Assembly (NCBI RefSeq): GCF_003367075.2
Contig: NZ_CP065936.1
Span: forward strand, 1,980,001-2,012,000
Direction: 5' to 3'
Source of the DNA: Cylindrospermopsis raciborskii Cr2010
GTDB taxonomy: Bacteria; Cyanobacteriota; Cyanobacteriia; Cyanobacteriales; Nostocaceae
Length of the DNA stretch: 32,000 nucleotides
Positions 24,000-32,000 of the stretch are shown one piece after another. The notes under the pieces were generated by a model. The model had not been told where the DNA came from, searched no databases, and worked only from the letters and a program-made list of their open reading frames with translations. Positions within the stretch are counted from its first letter, which is position 1. Every line of letters starts with the position of its first letter. Both the position numbers and the translations under genes were made by a program.

Positions 24000-25547
24000 C
24001 TAACTACGAATGACGGTAATAGTGCGTCCCCTTGGACTAATAGCTTCCTCCGTACTAATTCTCTCTCCCATGGGTGGTAATCCGGGACGACGATCAAAAA
24101 TCACTAACCAACCTGTATCTAATCCTAATCCATCCAGGTATTTGTCCAGTTGGGTTAAACCCTTGCTTAACGGATCTAACTTTTCTCTCCGCACCTTTAA
24201 CTCTATGCCCATCACCACTTGGCCATAGCGTAAACAAATATCCATCTTTCCAGAACCAATAGCATATTCTCGCTCTAAGGTGCCACCACCATTCACTACT
24301 CGATGTAAAAATGCCATTAACACTAAATGGGGAGCAATCTCATGGTAGGGTGCACTTCTGAGTAGTGGTTCTCCATGTTGTCGCCAAAATTCTAAGAAAG
24401 CATGTAATAGTTTGTCAGGATTTAAAGTATTGTCAGGATTTAACCAAGTGGGTTGAATTTGGGGTAGACTATCCTGACTACCCTGGGACAAAACACGAGG
24501 AATCACTTCCTGATAAATGGGATTGGCAATGGTTAGTCCACCCAAAGGACTGCGCTTTACCAAGCCTAAATCTAGCAAGAACCGGCGATCATCCTCCGGG
24601 GTATCTGGTAGATCGGATCCAGATAACATGGGTTGAATAATGGCTTTGACCCTATCTTCCCGTAATCGCTCTGCTAAACTATCTAAATGAGTATCCTGGC
24701 GCTGAATTAGAATTTCTTTGGCTCGGTTAATGACTTCAACGGTAATGGGTTGGGTTATATCTTTCACTAAAACTTGTGTAGCTTGACGAGCTAGGGCATT
24801 TACTAACCACGGTTGTCCGTCAGTTAAATAAAATGCCTGTTGAATTGCTTCTATGGTAAACACCTGTCCCGTAGCTTGTGTATGTTGTAAGTAAAGTTCT
24901 TCTACTTCTGGCAAAGTAAAATTACTTAAAGTCAAAGATTCGGCCTTGATATTGAAAGGACTAGAGGTATTGAGTCTTTCACTTCCACCGGATTTAACCT
25001 TATAGTCCCGCACATCCCTCATACCAATTAACCCCACCGAATGGGGAAACCCCTGGGGACGACGGGGAAAACCTGAACGTAATTGTCTTAAAATAAAGAT
25101 TAAAGCTTCGTCTGTTAGGGAATCAATTTCATCTAAAAGGATTACAAGAGGTCTTGGAGATTGGGTAGACCACTCACTTAAAGTTTTGCCTATTCCTGAG
25201 TCTGTTTCACCCTCTGGCCAATAGGATGGTTGTAGTTCTTTGGGTAAGTAAAACCTAATTGCCTGTTTCCATTCTTGTAAAATAACCTGCTCCGCTTGCT
25301 GGGGATTATGGGAAAATCCTGACCCTACTTCCACGGATAGCATAACTGCGGTGTATTGACCACTATCAGTCAATTCTTGAGCAAGAGCTATCATAGCCGT
25401 GGTTTTCCCTACTTGTCGCGGTGCATGAATGATAAAGTAATTACGACCATCAATTAGCGCTTTCAAATCCGGTAAGCGAGCGGTGGGGGAGAGCATATAG
25501 TGGATATCAGATTGACAAGGACCAGCAGTGTTAAAGTGTTTAGCCAT
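24000..25547 (-). CDS. AAA-ATPase-like protein with PD-(D/E)xK nuclease-like C-terminus, paralog 2
   Basis: Same length (515 aa) and motifs as 18159..19706. Long stretches are identical, interrupted by two strongly diverged blocks. Confidence 0.75.
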   Translation of the reverse strand: MAKHFNTAGPCQSDIHYMLSPTARLPDLKALIDGRNYFIIHAPRQVGKTTAMIALAQELTDSGQYTAVMLSVEVGSGFSHNPQQAEQVILQEWKQAIRFYLPKELQPSYWPEGETDSGIGKTLSEWSTQSPRPLVILLDEIDSLTDEALIFILRQLRSGFPRRPQGFPHSVGLIGMRDVRDYKVKSGGSERLNTSSPFNIKAESLTLSNFTLPEVEELYLQHTQATGQVFTIEAIQQAFYLTDGQPWLVNALARQATQVLVKDITQPITVEVINRAKEILIQRQDTHLDSLAERLREDRVKAIIQPMLSGSDLPDTPEDDRRFLLDLGLVKRSPLGGLTIANPIYQEVIPRVLSQGSQDSLPQIQPTWLNPDNTLNPDKLLHAFLEFWRQHGEPLLRSAPYHEIAPHLVLMAFLHRVVNGGGTLEREYAIGSGKMDICLRYGQVVMGIELKVRREKLDPLSKGLTQLDKYLDGLGLDTGWLVIFDRRPGLPPMGERISTEEAISPRGRTITVIRS

Positions 25548-25611
25548 GGTGGAGTTTTTAAAAAAATAACCTTAACAACTTTATTCTAGAACCTCTTCAC
25601 TTGTTACCCCA

Positions 25612-25642
25612 TAAAAAAAGCCCCCCACTAGGTGAGGAGCTT
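25612..25642 (-). terminator. rho-independent terminator of psbA copy 3
   Basis: Plus strand aaaaaaagccccccactaggtgaggagct. In minus sense this is a hairpin followed by a U-run. Confidence 0.8.
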
Positions 25643-25663
25643 TTCATTTACCAGTATTGGTTA

Positions 25664-26746
25664 TTAACCGTTGATTGCGGGAGCGGTTAATGCTACAGGT
25701 GCTACTTCACCAGCAGCTAGGTCTAAGGGGAAGTTGTGCGCATTACGCTCGTGCATTACTTCCATACCCAGGTTAGCGCGGTTGATTACGTCAGCCCATG
25801 TACCTATTACACGACCTTGGGAATCAATGATTGATTGGTTGAAGTTGAATCCATTCAGGTTGAATGCCATGGTGCTTACACCCAGTGCTGTAAACCAGAT
25901 TCCTACTACTGGCCATGCTGCCAAGAAGAAGTGTAGTGAACGGCTGTTGTTGAATGAAGCATATTGGAATATCAAGCGTCCGAAGTAACCGTGTGCTGCT
26001 ACGATGTTGTAGGTTTCTTCCTCTTGTCCGAACTTGTAACCATAGTTCTGAGACTCGGTTTCAGTTGTTTCTCTTACTAAGGAAGATGTTACTAAGGAAC
26101 CGTGCATAGCGCTGAACAAGCTACCACCGAATACACCTGCTACTCCTAGCATGTGGAAGGGGTGCATGAGGATGTTATGCTCTGCTTGGAACACAATCAT
26201 GAAGTTGAAGGTTCCAGAGATACCTAAAGGCATACCATCAGAGAATGAACCTTGTCCGATGGGGTAGATTAGGAATACTGCGGTAGCAGCTGCCAAAGGA
26301 GCGGAGAATGCTACGCAAATCCAAGGACGCATGCCTAAACGGAAGGATAGTTCCCATTCACGACCTAGGTAGCAGGCTACACCAATCAAGAAGTGGAAAA
26401 TTACTAGTTGGTAAGGACCACCGTTGTATAACCATTCATCTAAGGATGCAGCTTCCCAAATTGGGTAGAAGTGCAAGCCAATAGCGTTGGAGGAAGGAAC
26501 AACAGCACCGGAGATGATGTTGTTACCGTACATTAAGGAACCAGCTACGGGTTCGCGGATACCGTCGATGTCAACGGGAGGAGCAGCAATGAAAGCAATG
26601 ATGAAGCAAGTGGTAGCTGCAAGTAGGGTGGGGATCATTAACACGCCGAACCAGCCAATATAAAGGCGGTTGTTGGTGCTGGTGATAAATTCACAGAAAC
26701 GATCCCATACGTTGGCGCTTTGGCGCTGTTGAATGGTGGTGGTCAT
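25664..26746 (-). CDS. psbA: photosystem II D1 protein, E130 form, copy 3
   Basis: 360 aa. It differs from copies 1 and 2 only at residue 4 (Thr instead of Ala). Its synonymous sites form a mosaic of copy-1-type, copy-2-type and private variants. Confidence 0.99.
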   Translation of the reverse strand: MTTTIQQRQSANVWDRFCEFITSTNNRLYIGWFGVLMIPTLLAATTCFIIAFIAAPPVDIDGIREPVAGSLMYGNNIISGAVVPSSNAIGLHFYPIWEAASLDEWLYNGGPYQLVIFHFLIGVACYLGREWELSFRLGMRPWICVAFSAPLAAATAVFLIYPIGQGSFSDGMPLGISGTFNFMIVFQAEHNILMHPFHMLGVAGVFGGSLFSAMHGSLVTSSLVRETTETESQNYGYKFGQEEETYNIVAAHGYFGRLIFQYASFNNSRSLHFFLAAWPVVGIWFTALGVSTMAFNLNGFNFNQSIIDSQGRVIGTWADVINRANLGMEVMHERNAHNFPLDLAAGEVAPVALTAPAING

Positions 26747-26814
26747 GTTTTTATAAATGCGGTTTAACCGAGGGTTTATGTATGTTCAGGTAGGTGTTTC
26801 TACCTTATGAACTT

Positions 26815-26858
26815 ATATTAAGACAAATGTTTAGTTTTGTAAAGGGGTTTTTACAAAA
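26815..26858 (-). promoter_or_regulatory. psbA copy 3 promoter: -10 TAATAT (26820-26815), -35 TTTACA (26843-26838) and a perfect 9-6-9 palindrome (26835-26858)
   Basis: Reverse complement of the copy 2 arrangement, with 17-nt spacing. Confidence 0.6.
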
Positions 26859-27063
26859 TTTTTAATAATTTTGCCAATTAGGGATTTTCCTATATATGGT
26901 GGGGGTTTTCGCCTCCTGGAGGTATTTTATATGTGTGTAGACAAGTTTGTAAGCTAAGATAATAATTAATTTATATGCAAAGATATGCAAAAATATGCGA
27001 TCGCACAATTTTCCACAAATCTATAATCGAAAAAACTGATGGAAAGGGTGTTGCTGCAAGCGC

Positions 27064-28194
27064 TTAATCCCATAACCTTCTGCTGCTTTTGCCATTTAAT
27101 GTTTCATGGGCATTTTGTAACAAATGGGGAATGTCTAAACTCTCGGGACATTTGGGTAGGCAATCACCACACTCTGTACAGCGGTTTCCTCTCATTCCAG
27201 AAAACCAATGACCAGCATTTTCCAACATTCCATAACGATACTTGCCATAATCAATCATATTGTAGGCAACCGATAAATTTCGTAACCTTAATATCTCGGG
27301 GATGTTGATATTTTCCGGACAGGGTAAACAATCATAACACTGACTACATTTATCAGTTCCCAAAATTTGGGTTTGGTAGTTTTCTAAGTTTTTAAAAACT
27401 TTGACCTCTGCTGGTGTTAAATTACTAGTATTATCAGAAACTGCCAAGGGTAAAGTTAATTCCTCTGGATTTCCAGCACCTACACTTAGGGTAGTAATTC
27501 GCGAATCACTCAACAAAAACCGATAGTTCAATTCCAGAGGGGTGAAGGGTTGACACAGTTCCTTTAATTTATCCGATGGCGTATACAGTCTCCCACCCTT
27601 ATCTGCAGGAGAAATAATAAATACACCCATATCTTTTTCTGCTGCTACTGTAACCGCTAAATTGTTGCGCTGGAAAAAATAATAATAATGCAAATTCACA
27701 AACTCAAAATAATCTGTATTAATGGCATCCAAAATAATCTTTAAACTACCATGGGTAGAAAACCCAACATGTTTAACTCTACCATCTTCTATTGCTTTCT
27801 GTATAGCTTTCATACAGCCATTATTAGACTTTACCCATTCCCAATGCTGCTCTGTATTTAAGCCATGAATACCCAAAGCATCTAAATAATCAACATTTAG
27901 TTTTTGTAAAGACTCATCAATATGTCGCTCCATAGTGCTATTATCTGCACAAGGAGGGATTTTAGTTGTAATATAAAATTGACCTCGGGGTACTGATAAA
28001 CCTGTTTTAATAGCCGTACCTAAATACTCCTCACTTTTACCGTAACCCCTAGCAGTCTCTAAATGATTGATTCCCCATTCTAAAGCCTTTTCTATAGTGT
28101 GATGGAAAGTTTCCACATCAGTTATACACCGCATTGTCCCCAAGGAAAACACGGATAAGTCTAAATTAGTTTTACCAAAACGACGGTATTTCAT
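27064..28194 (-). CDS. aldo/keto reductase with C-terminal 4Fe-4S ferredoxin-like Cys clusters
   Basis: AKR-type N-terminus (MKYRRFGKTNLDLSVFSLGTMR, GINHLETARGYG). The C-terminus carries CSQCYDCLPCPENINIP and CTECGDCLPKCPESLDIP. Confidence 0.85.
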   Translation of the reverse strand: MKYRRFGKTNLDLSVFSLGTMRCITDVETFHHTIEKALEWGINHLETARGYGKSEEYLGTAIKTGLSVPRGQFYITTKIPPCADNSTMERHIDESLQKLNVDYLDALGIHGLNTEQHWEWVKSNNGCMKAIQKAIEDGRVKHVGFSTHGSLKIILDAINTDYFEFVNLHYYYFFQRNNLAVTVAAEKDMGVFIISPADKGGRLYTPSDKLKELCQPFTPLELNYRFLLSDSRITTLSVGAGNPEELTLPLAVSDNTSNLTPAEVKVFKNLENYQTQILGTDKCSQCYDCLPCPENINIPEILRLRNLSVAYNMIDYGKYRYGMLENAGHWFSGMRGNRCTECGDCLPKCPESLDIPHLLQNAHETLNGKSSRRLWD

Positions 28195-28270
28195 GACCTA
28201 AATTTAGAGAGTAGTTCCACTATAGAAATGGCTGTAGAAGAAGCATGATTAAAAATGGTCAGTGAACACC

Positions 28271-28768
28271 TTAACCATCACTATTGCCAAATCGTTTAAT
28301 TAAATCCTCCGGACGAAGATTGGAAACAAATTCCCGAAATGCTTGTTGTTCAGCTTCGTCAGCATCACGGTTCACAGGAATAGAAGCATCCGCCACCACT
28401 TCTTCCATCACCCAAATAGGCGAATTGGTACGTAAAGCAATGGCGATCGCATCACTTGGACGAGAATCAATCTCCTTTTTCACATCACCTTGCTGAACAA
28501 TTAAAGCTGCATAGAAAGTATCCTTTTGTAAAGAATGAATAATGACCTTTTCTAGGGTCATATCCCACACTTCCAAAATATTGACCATGAGGTCATGAGT
28601 TAAAGGTCTGGGTGGTTTTTGATGCTCCATAGCACCCATGATAGCTCTAGCTTGCTCTTGACCAATGTAGATTGGTAAAGCTCGACGATCTGAACTATCT
28701 TTCAGGAGTACGATCGGACTGCGGGTTATGGCATCTAATGCTATACCAGCGACTCTCATTTCAATCAT
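28271..28768 (-). CDS. bifunctional nuclease family protein (DUF151/BFN domain)
   Basis: PIVLLKDSSDRRALPIYIGQEQARAI..RPLTHDLMVNIL..YAALIVQQG..IDSRPSDAIAIALR is characteristic of the family. Confidence 0.85.
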   Translation of the reverse strand: MIEMRVAGIALDAITRSPIVLLKDSSDRRALPIYIGQEQARAIMGAMEHQKPPRPLTHDLMVNILEVWDMTLEKVIIHSLQKDTFYAALIVQQGDVKKEIDSRPSDAIAIALRTNSPIWVMEEVVADASIPVNRDADEAEQQAFREFVSNLRPEDLIKRFGNSDG

Positions 28769-29168
28769 TGGCTAACCCTCTAAAATCCTTGTCTAGCGTG
28801 AGTGCTAAGTGGTAAAAATTACCCTTGAGCCAGTTGTGTGAGACAGAAGTAAACATAAGGTTTTTCTTCTCTATAATGACTTGTATTAGACTGCTGGATA
28901 AAACCCAGACCATCTGGACTTTATCTAGACTTTATTGTTGCTAATGACCTAGGCCAAATTATGCTCCTCCACAATTATTATCTTAATCAAGTATGCCTTG
29001 AGATTGATGGGAATGTGTGAATTTTAATCGGTTGGGAAAATTTGATCAATTGTCTGGAAGCGTCTGGAAGATTGAAGAAGTTTTGAAGATTTTGATGGGC
29101 AATTATTGCTTTTTTCTCCTCAAAACCGCAGATTGTGACACAATTAGAGTTAATTTGGCAGGTTAATT

Positions 29169-29843
29169 ATGTTTACAGGCTTGATTCAAGGATTAGGTAG
29201 GATTAAACCTTTATCAGGAGATTTATGGCAGATTACACTTATTAATTCGTTAGAAAGTCCTACAGGTACAATTATGAAAGATTTAAGTTATGGTGATAGT
29301 GTATCCGTAGATGGTGTATGTCTAACAGTAGAAGAACTTCTCCAGGAAGGCTTTATTGCTACTGCTTCACCGGAAACCCTACAGCGAACAACTTTAGGCA
29401 CAAAGGAGGTTCAAAGTAGATATGTGAATTTGGAAACCTCCCTGCGCGTGGGGGGTAAGGTAGGGGGTCACTTTGTTATGGGTCATGTGGATGGAATTGG
29501 TGAGTTAGTTTCCTCAGCACAAACAGCCAGCTCTTGGGAAATGACCTTTATTGCACCACCTGACATAGCTCGCTATATTGTCCCCAAAGGTAGCATCGCT
29601 ATTAATGGCATTAGTCTCACGGTGGCCAGATATCAACCTGAACACTACCAGTTCACTGTGGCTGTAATTCCAGTCACATACTCAGAAACTAATCTTAACT
29701 GTTTAGTCCCGGGGAGTTGGGTGAATCTGGAAGCTGATATTCTCGGTAAATACGTAGAAAATTTCCTTTATATGTCACACCAAGAACATCAAACTTCAGA
29801 GGAAATCACACCAGCGTTTTTAATGGAACATGGTTATGTCTAG
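29169..29843 (+). CDS. ribE: riboflavin synthase (alpha chain)
   Basis: MFTGLIQGLG start and the duplicated lumazine-binding repeats GDSVSVDGVCLTV and GSIAINGISLTV. Confidence 0.9.
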   Translation: MFTGLIQGLGRIKPLSGDLWQITLINSLESPTGTIMKDLSYGDSVSVDGVCLTVEELLQEGFIATASPETLQRTTLGTKEVQSRYVNLETSLRVGGKVGGHFVMGHVDGIGELVSSAQTASSWEMTFIAPPDIARYIVPKGSIAINGISLTVARYQPEHYQFTVAVIPVTYSETNLNCLVPGSWVNLEADILGKYVENFLYMSHQEHQTSEEITPAFLMEHGYV

Positions 29844-29867
29844 GCTTGTACCATTTTAGAAATAGCT

Positions 29868-31520
29868 TTATCGTAGTTGTTTGCTTTGGGAGTTGTAGTT
29901 ATAGGCAACTCTATTATAAAGACTATTCATTCCGGCCTGTAACTGCATACTAGGATCCACAGCAACCCAGCCATTGGCAGTCAGGTGACGAACCTCAAAA
30001 TGAAGGTGGGGACCCGTGGAGTTGCCTGTACTACCCACACGACCGATGATCATTCCTGGCTCTACCCATTGTCCAGGACGCACTAAAATTTCTGACATGT
30101 GACCGTAAAGGGTTTGTTGTCTCTGGTCATGATTAATGGTTACTGCTAAACCATAACCACCCATCCAATCAGCCATCTCTACTTGTCCCTTCTCTGCTGC
30201 TAAAATTGGTGTTCCTGTGGGTGCAGCAATGTCCATCCCAGCATGGAAACGGCGATCGCCCGTGATAGGATGTGTTCTCCAACCAAATAGGGAGGTAATA
30301 GGCGCTGCAAATGATAATGGGTATGTAATACCAGAGACACTACCGGAATTAGTACCATTATCAGCAAAGGAACTAATATAAGGGACTTGTGGTAAAACCG
30401 ATGCTAGGTCAAAATCATAAGCAACCTTACTGGGACGGGGTGCCACCTTTCCTTCTATCATTGGTGGTGGTAGGGTGCCAAAACTGGGAGTAATTGGGGT
30501 CACCGTTGTGTTAGAGGAAAATTCTCTGGGGTCGCGAGGTCGATTATAGCTAGTCTTTGTGGAAATTCTTCCCATATAACCCCCCGCGCTGGTATGACGA
30601 CTACTGGAATTGGATCCTAGACTGTGCCAATTTTGGGAATTATTCACAGTAGCAGCTAAGGAATTGACAACCTCCTCAGACTTCTGACCTTGGGGCCTGG
30701 GACTGCTATTATTAGTGCTTAGTGCATTTTCATTGGGTACTGTTTTAAGCGGGCTTTTACCTAAATTCACAGCTGCACTTTTCTTTAGCCAAGTAGGTGC
30801 TGACTTTTGGGTAGAGTTTGCTACGGATGGATTAGTGGGATTTTTGCCACCACAAGTGCCAACAGATTTCCCTGGCTGGGAGATTACCGCTTTACAATCT
30901 TGAGTTCTTCCTGTAACTTCCACGGAACTAGGTGCATCATATTTAACGGTACTATTTCCGTTATATTCCGTGGGATCAATTTGAGTGCTATTATAATCCT
31001 TACCTGTATTCCCGTTGTCACTATTATTGGGTTGACTAGTCACTGGAATTACTAGTGTGGATGTTTCTGGGATGGGTTGAGTACTAGTAGGCAATGTTTC
31101 AGGTTGGGACTTTAGGACCGGAAGTGCGGGAACTTTCAAGATTACTGAAGTTGGAGAACTTTCTGACCTAGATTCAGAATTCCCCTCTGTTGCAACACTT
31201 TCAAGATTTGAGTTAACTTCTGAATTCTTCCCCTGGGTTTGCACACCAGTTTTCAATTCCGTCACCTTGGATTCCACGGGTAGGGATACCTGACCATTTT
31301 GCCCCTTGTCTCCCAATGTAGTTGGTTGAGAAACTTCCACTGTAGAGACAATATTATCTACTGGCAATTCGGTTTGGGCAAATACAAAACCCCCACTTAG
31401 TAGGCTAATACTGCTCAACCAGGATAAAGTTTGAGCAGGTACTGTAGAAGCAAAGCGTTTAGCTGTTAAGTCTTGATTATACTGTCTTTGCTTTTTAGTA
31501 GATTTATGGGAATAGGGCAT
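29868..31520 (-). CDS. M23 family (LytM-type) metallopeptidase with a long low-complexity Ser/Thr/Pro/Asn-rich N-terminal region
   Basis: C-terminal HAGMDIAAPTGTPILAAEKGQV and GSTGNSTGPHLHFEVR. The N-terminal hydrophobic segment LSWLSSISLLSGGFVFAQ looks like a signal or anchor. Confidence 0.85.
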   Translation of the reverse strand: MPYSHKSTKKQRQYNQDLTAKRFASTVPAQTLSWLSSISLLSGGFVFAQTELPVDNIVSTVEVSQPTTLGDKGQNGQVSLPVESKVTELKTGVQTQGKNSEVNSNLESVATEGNSESRSESSPTSVILKVPALPVLKSQPETLPTSTQPIPETSTLVIPVTSQPNNSDNGNTGKDYNSTQIDPTEYNGNSTVKYDAPSSVEVTGRTQDCKAVISQPGKSVGTCGGKNPTNPSVANSTQKSAPTWLKKSAAVNLGKSPLKTVPNENALSTNNSSPRPQGQKSEEVVNSLAATVNNSQNWHSLGSNSSSRHTSAGGYMGRISTKTSYNRPRDPREFSSNTTVTPITPSFGTLPPPMIEGKVAPRPSKVAYDFDLASVLPQVPYISSFADNGTNSGSVSGITYPLSFAAPITSLFGWRTHPITGDRRFHAGMDIAAPTGTPILAAEKGQVEMADWMGGYGLAVTINHDQRQQTLYGHMSEILVRPGQWVEPGMIIGRVGSTGNSTGPHLHFEVRHLTANGWVAVDPSMQLQAGMNSLYNRVAYNYNSQSKQLR

Positions 31521-31572
31521 TTTTTCCTTATTTGTGGGTAAGTTTAAAATAGTATGGACAGATTAAAAACAA

Positions 31573-32000
31573 CTAAACAGAGAATTGAGTGTAACCCAAA
31601 CTGATTGTACCTGGTTCAAGAGAAATTTCTCCTTGGATGAGTTCCTCTCTATTACCGGATGTTTGTAGGCGCAAATGACCTTGGGGTGTAACCCCGACCA
31701 CGGTAGCTAAAACACTAGTTTCAACTAAATTATCCTCATTTTTACCTGAAAATGGGATATTGACACATACTTGATCACCCAAATTGATAAGTAAATCCAG
31801 ATAACGGGACAAAACAATGCTTATTCCTTCGTCTTGTAAACAATCCAGACCGGACTGTATTCCCAGTAAAACCTGAGCAGCAAGCATTTCCAGTCCAGAA
31901 ATTGGCCACAAATTCTCGTTTTGCCAAGAATGTAGGTTAATACCTGTTTCTGGCACGGGATTTTTCCAGTTGACACCTACGCCAATGACCACCTGGGTAA
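31573..32000 (-). CDS. birA: biotin-[acetyl-CoA-carboxylase] ligase, C-terminal part (CDS continues past the right window edge)
   Basis: VIGVGVNW..ETGINL followed by a C-terminal SH3-like segment (GVTPQGHLRLQT) resembles BirA. The frame stays open to position 32000, so the Met at 31992 is probably internal. Confidence 0.55.
   Translation of the reverse strand, partial: TQVVIGVGVNWKNPVPETGINLHSWQNENLWPISGLEMLAAQVLLGIQSGLDCLQDEGISIVLSRYLDLLINLGDQVCVNIPFSGKNEDNLVETSVLATVVGVTPQGHLRLQTSGNREELIQGEISLEPGTISLGYTQFSV

Noticed and set aside
19345-24262. Pairs of 'conserved' small ORFs antisense to the ATPase paralogs (19345..19632 and 19478..19696, versus 24010..24228 and 24074..24262)
   Set aside because: They are conserved only because they lie in the near-identical C-terminal block of the duplicated ATPase genes. 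There is no independent coding evidence.
17145-25988. ORFs antisense to psbA (17145..17330 and 25671..25988)
   Set aside because: They are shadow ORFs within an unambiguous, highly conserved gene.
16883-26746. psbA copies of cyanophage origin
   Set aside because: All three share host-like promoters, terminators and flanking host repeat elements. There are no phage structural or integrase genes nearby. Intra-genomic duplication with gene conversion explains the data.
28769-29168. FMN riboswitch upstream of riboflavin synthase
   Set aside because: I could not recognise the conserved FMN-element core in the 400-bp leader. The only notable feature is a short direct repeat GTCTGGAAG x2 (about 29052-29070).

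Overview
The window looks like chromosomal DNA from a filamentous (Nostocales-type) cyanobacterium. Support for this: many HIP1 palindromes (GCGATCGC, e.g. near 1878, 3349, 12289, 16580, 19227, 22840, 23400, 26998, 28443, 30253), STRR-like heptamer tandem repeats, small hairpin repeats and multiple psbA genes. It divides into three parts. (A) 1-16 kb is a defence island. One IS5/Harbinger-like IS sits next to a 14-kb minus-strand gene train with the gene content and order of a class 1 DISARM system: an SNF2 helicase, a ~1,370-aa N6-adenine methylase, and a 1,691-aa DEAD/DEAH helicase carrying a DUF1998-type Cys-rich region. Extra cassettes interrupt the train: a four-helix-bundle '23S rRNA IVS' protein, an MntA/HepT toxin-antitoxin pair, two small ORFs and a MITE. 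Every junction is occupied by an (AATTACG)n heptamer tract. The same heptamers, together with a 27-nt hairpin mini-element, are also inserted in frame inside the methylase and the SNF2 gene. (B) 16.7-27 kb is a heavily rearranged psbA cluster. It holds three near-identical psbA genes (all E130-type D1), two of them followed by paralogous AAA-ATPase/PD-(D/E)xK genes. These form direct and inverted kb-scale repeats around decayed genes: a bile-acid:Na+ symporter pseudogene, a viperin-like radical-SAM fragment and a psbA 3' relic. (C) 27-32 kb is ordinary housekeeping: an aldo/keto reductase with an Fe-S tail, a DUF151 nuclease, riboflavin synthase, an M23 peptidase and a partial birA. I saw no rRNA, tRNA or CRISPR array. 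All family assignments come from motifs I recognised by eye. No database search was run.
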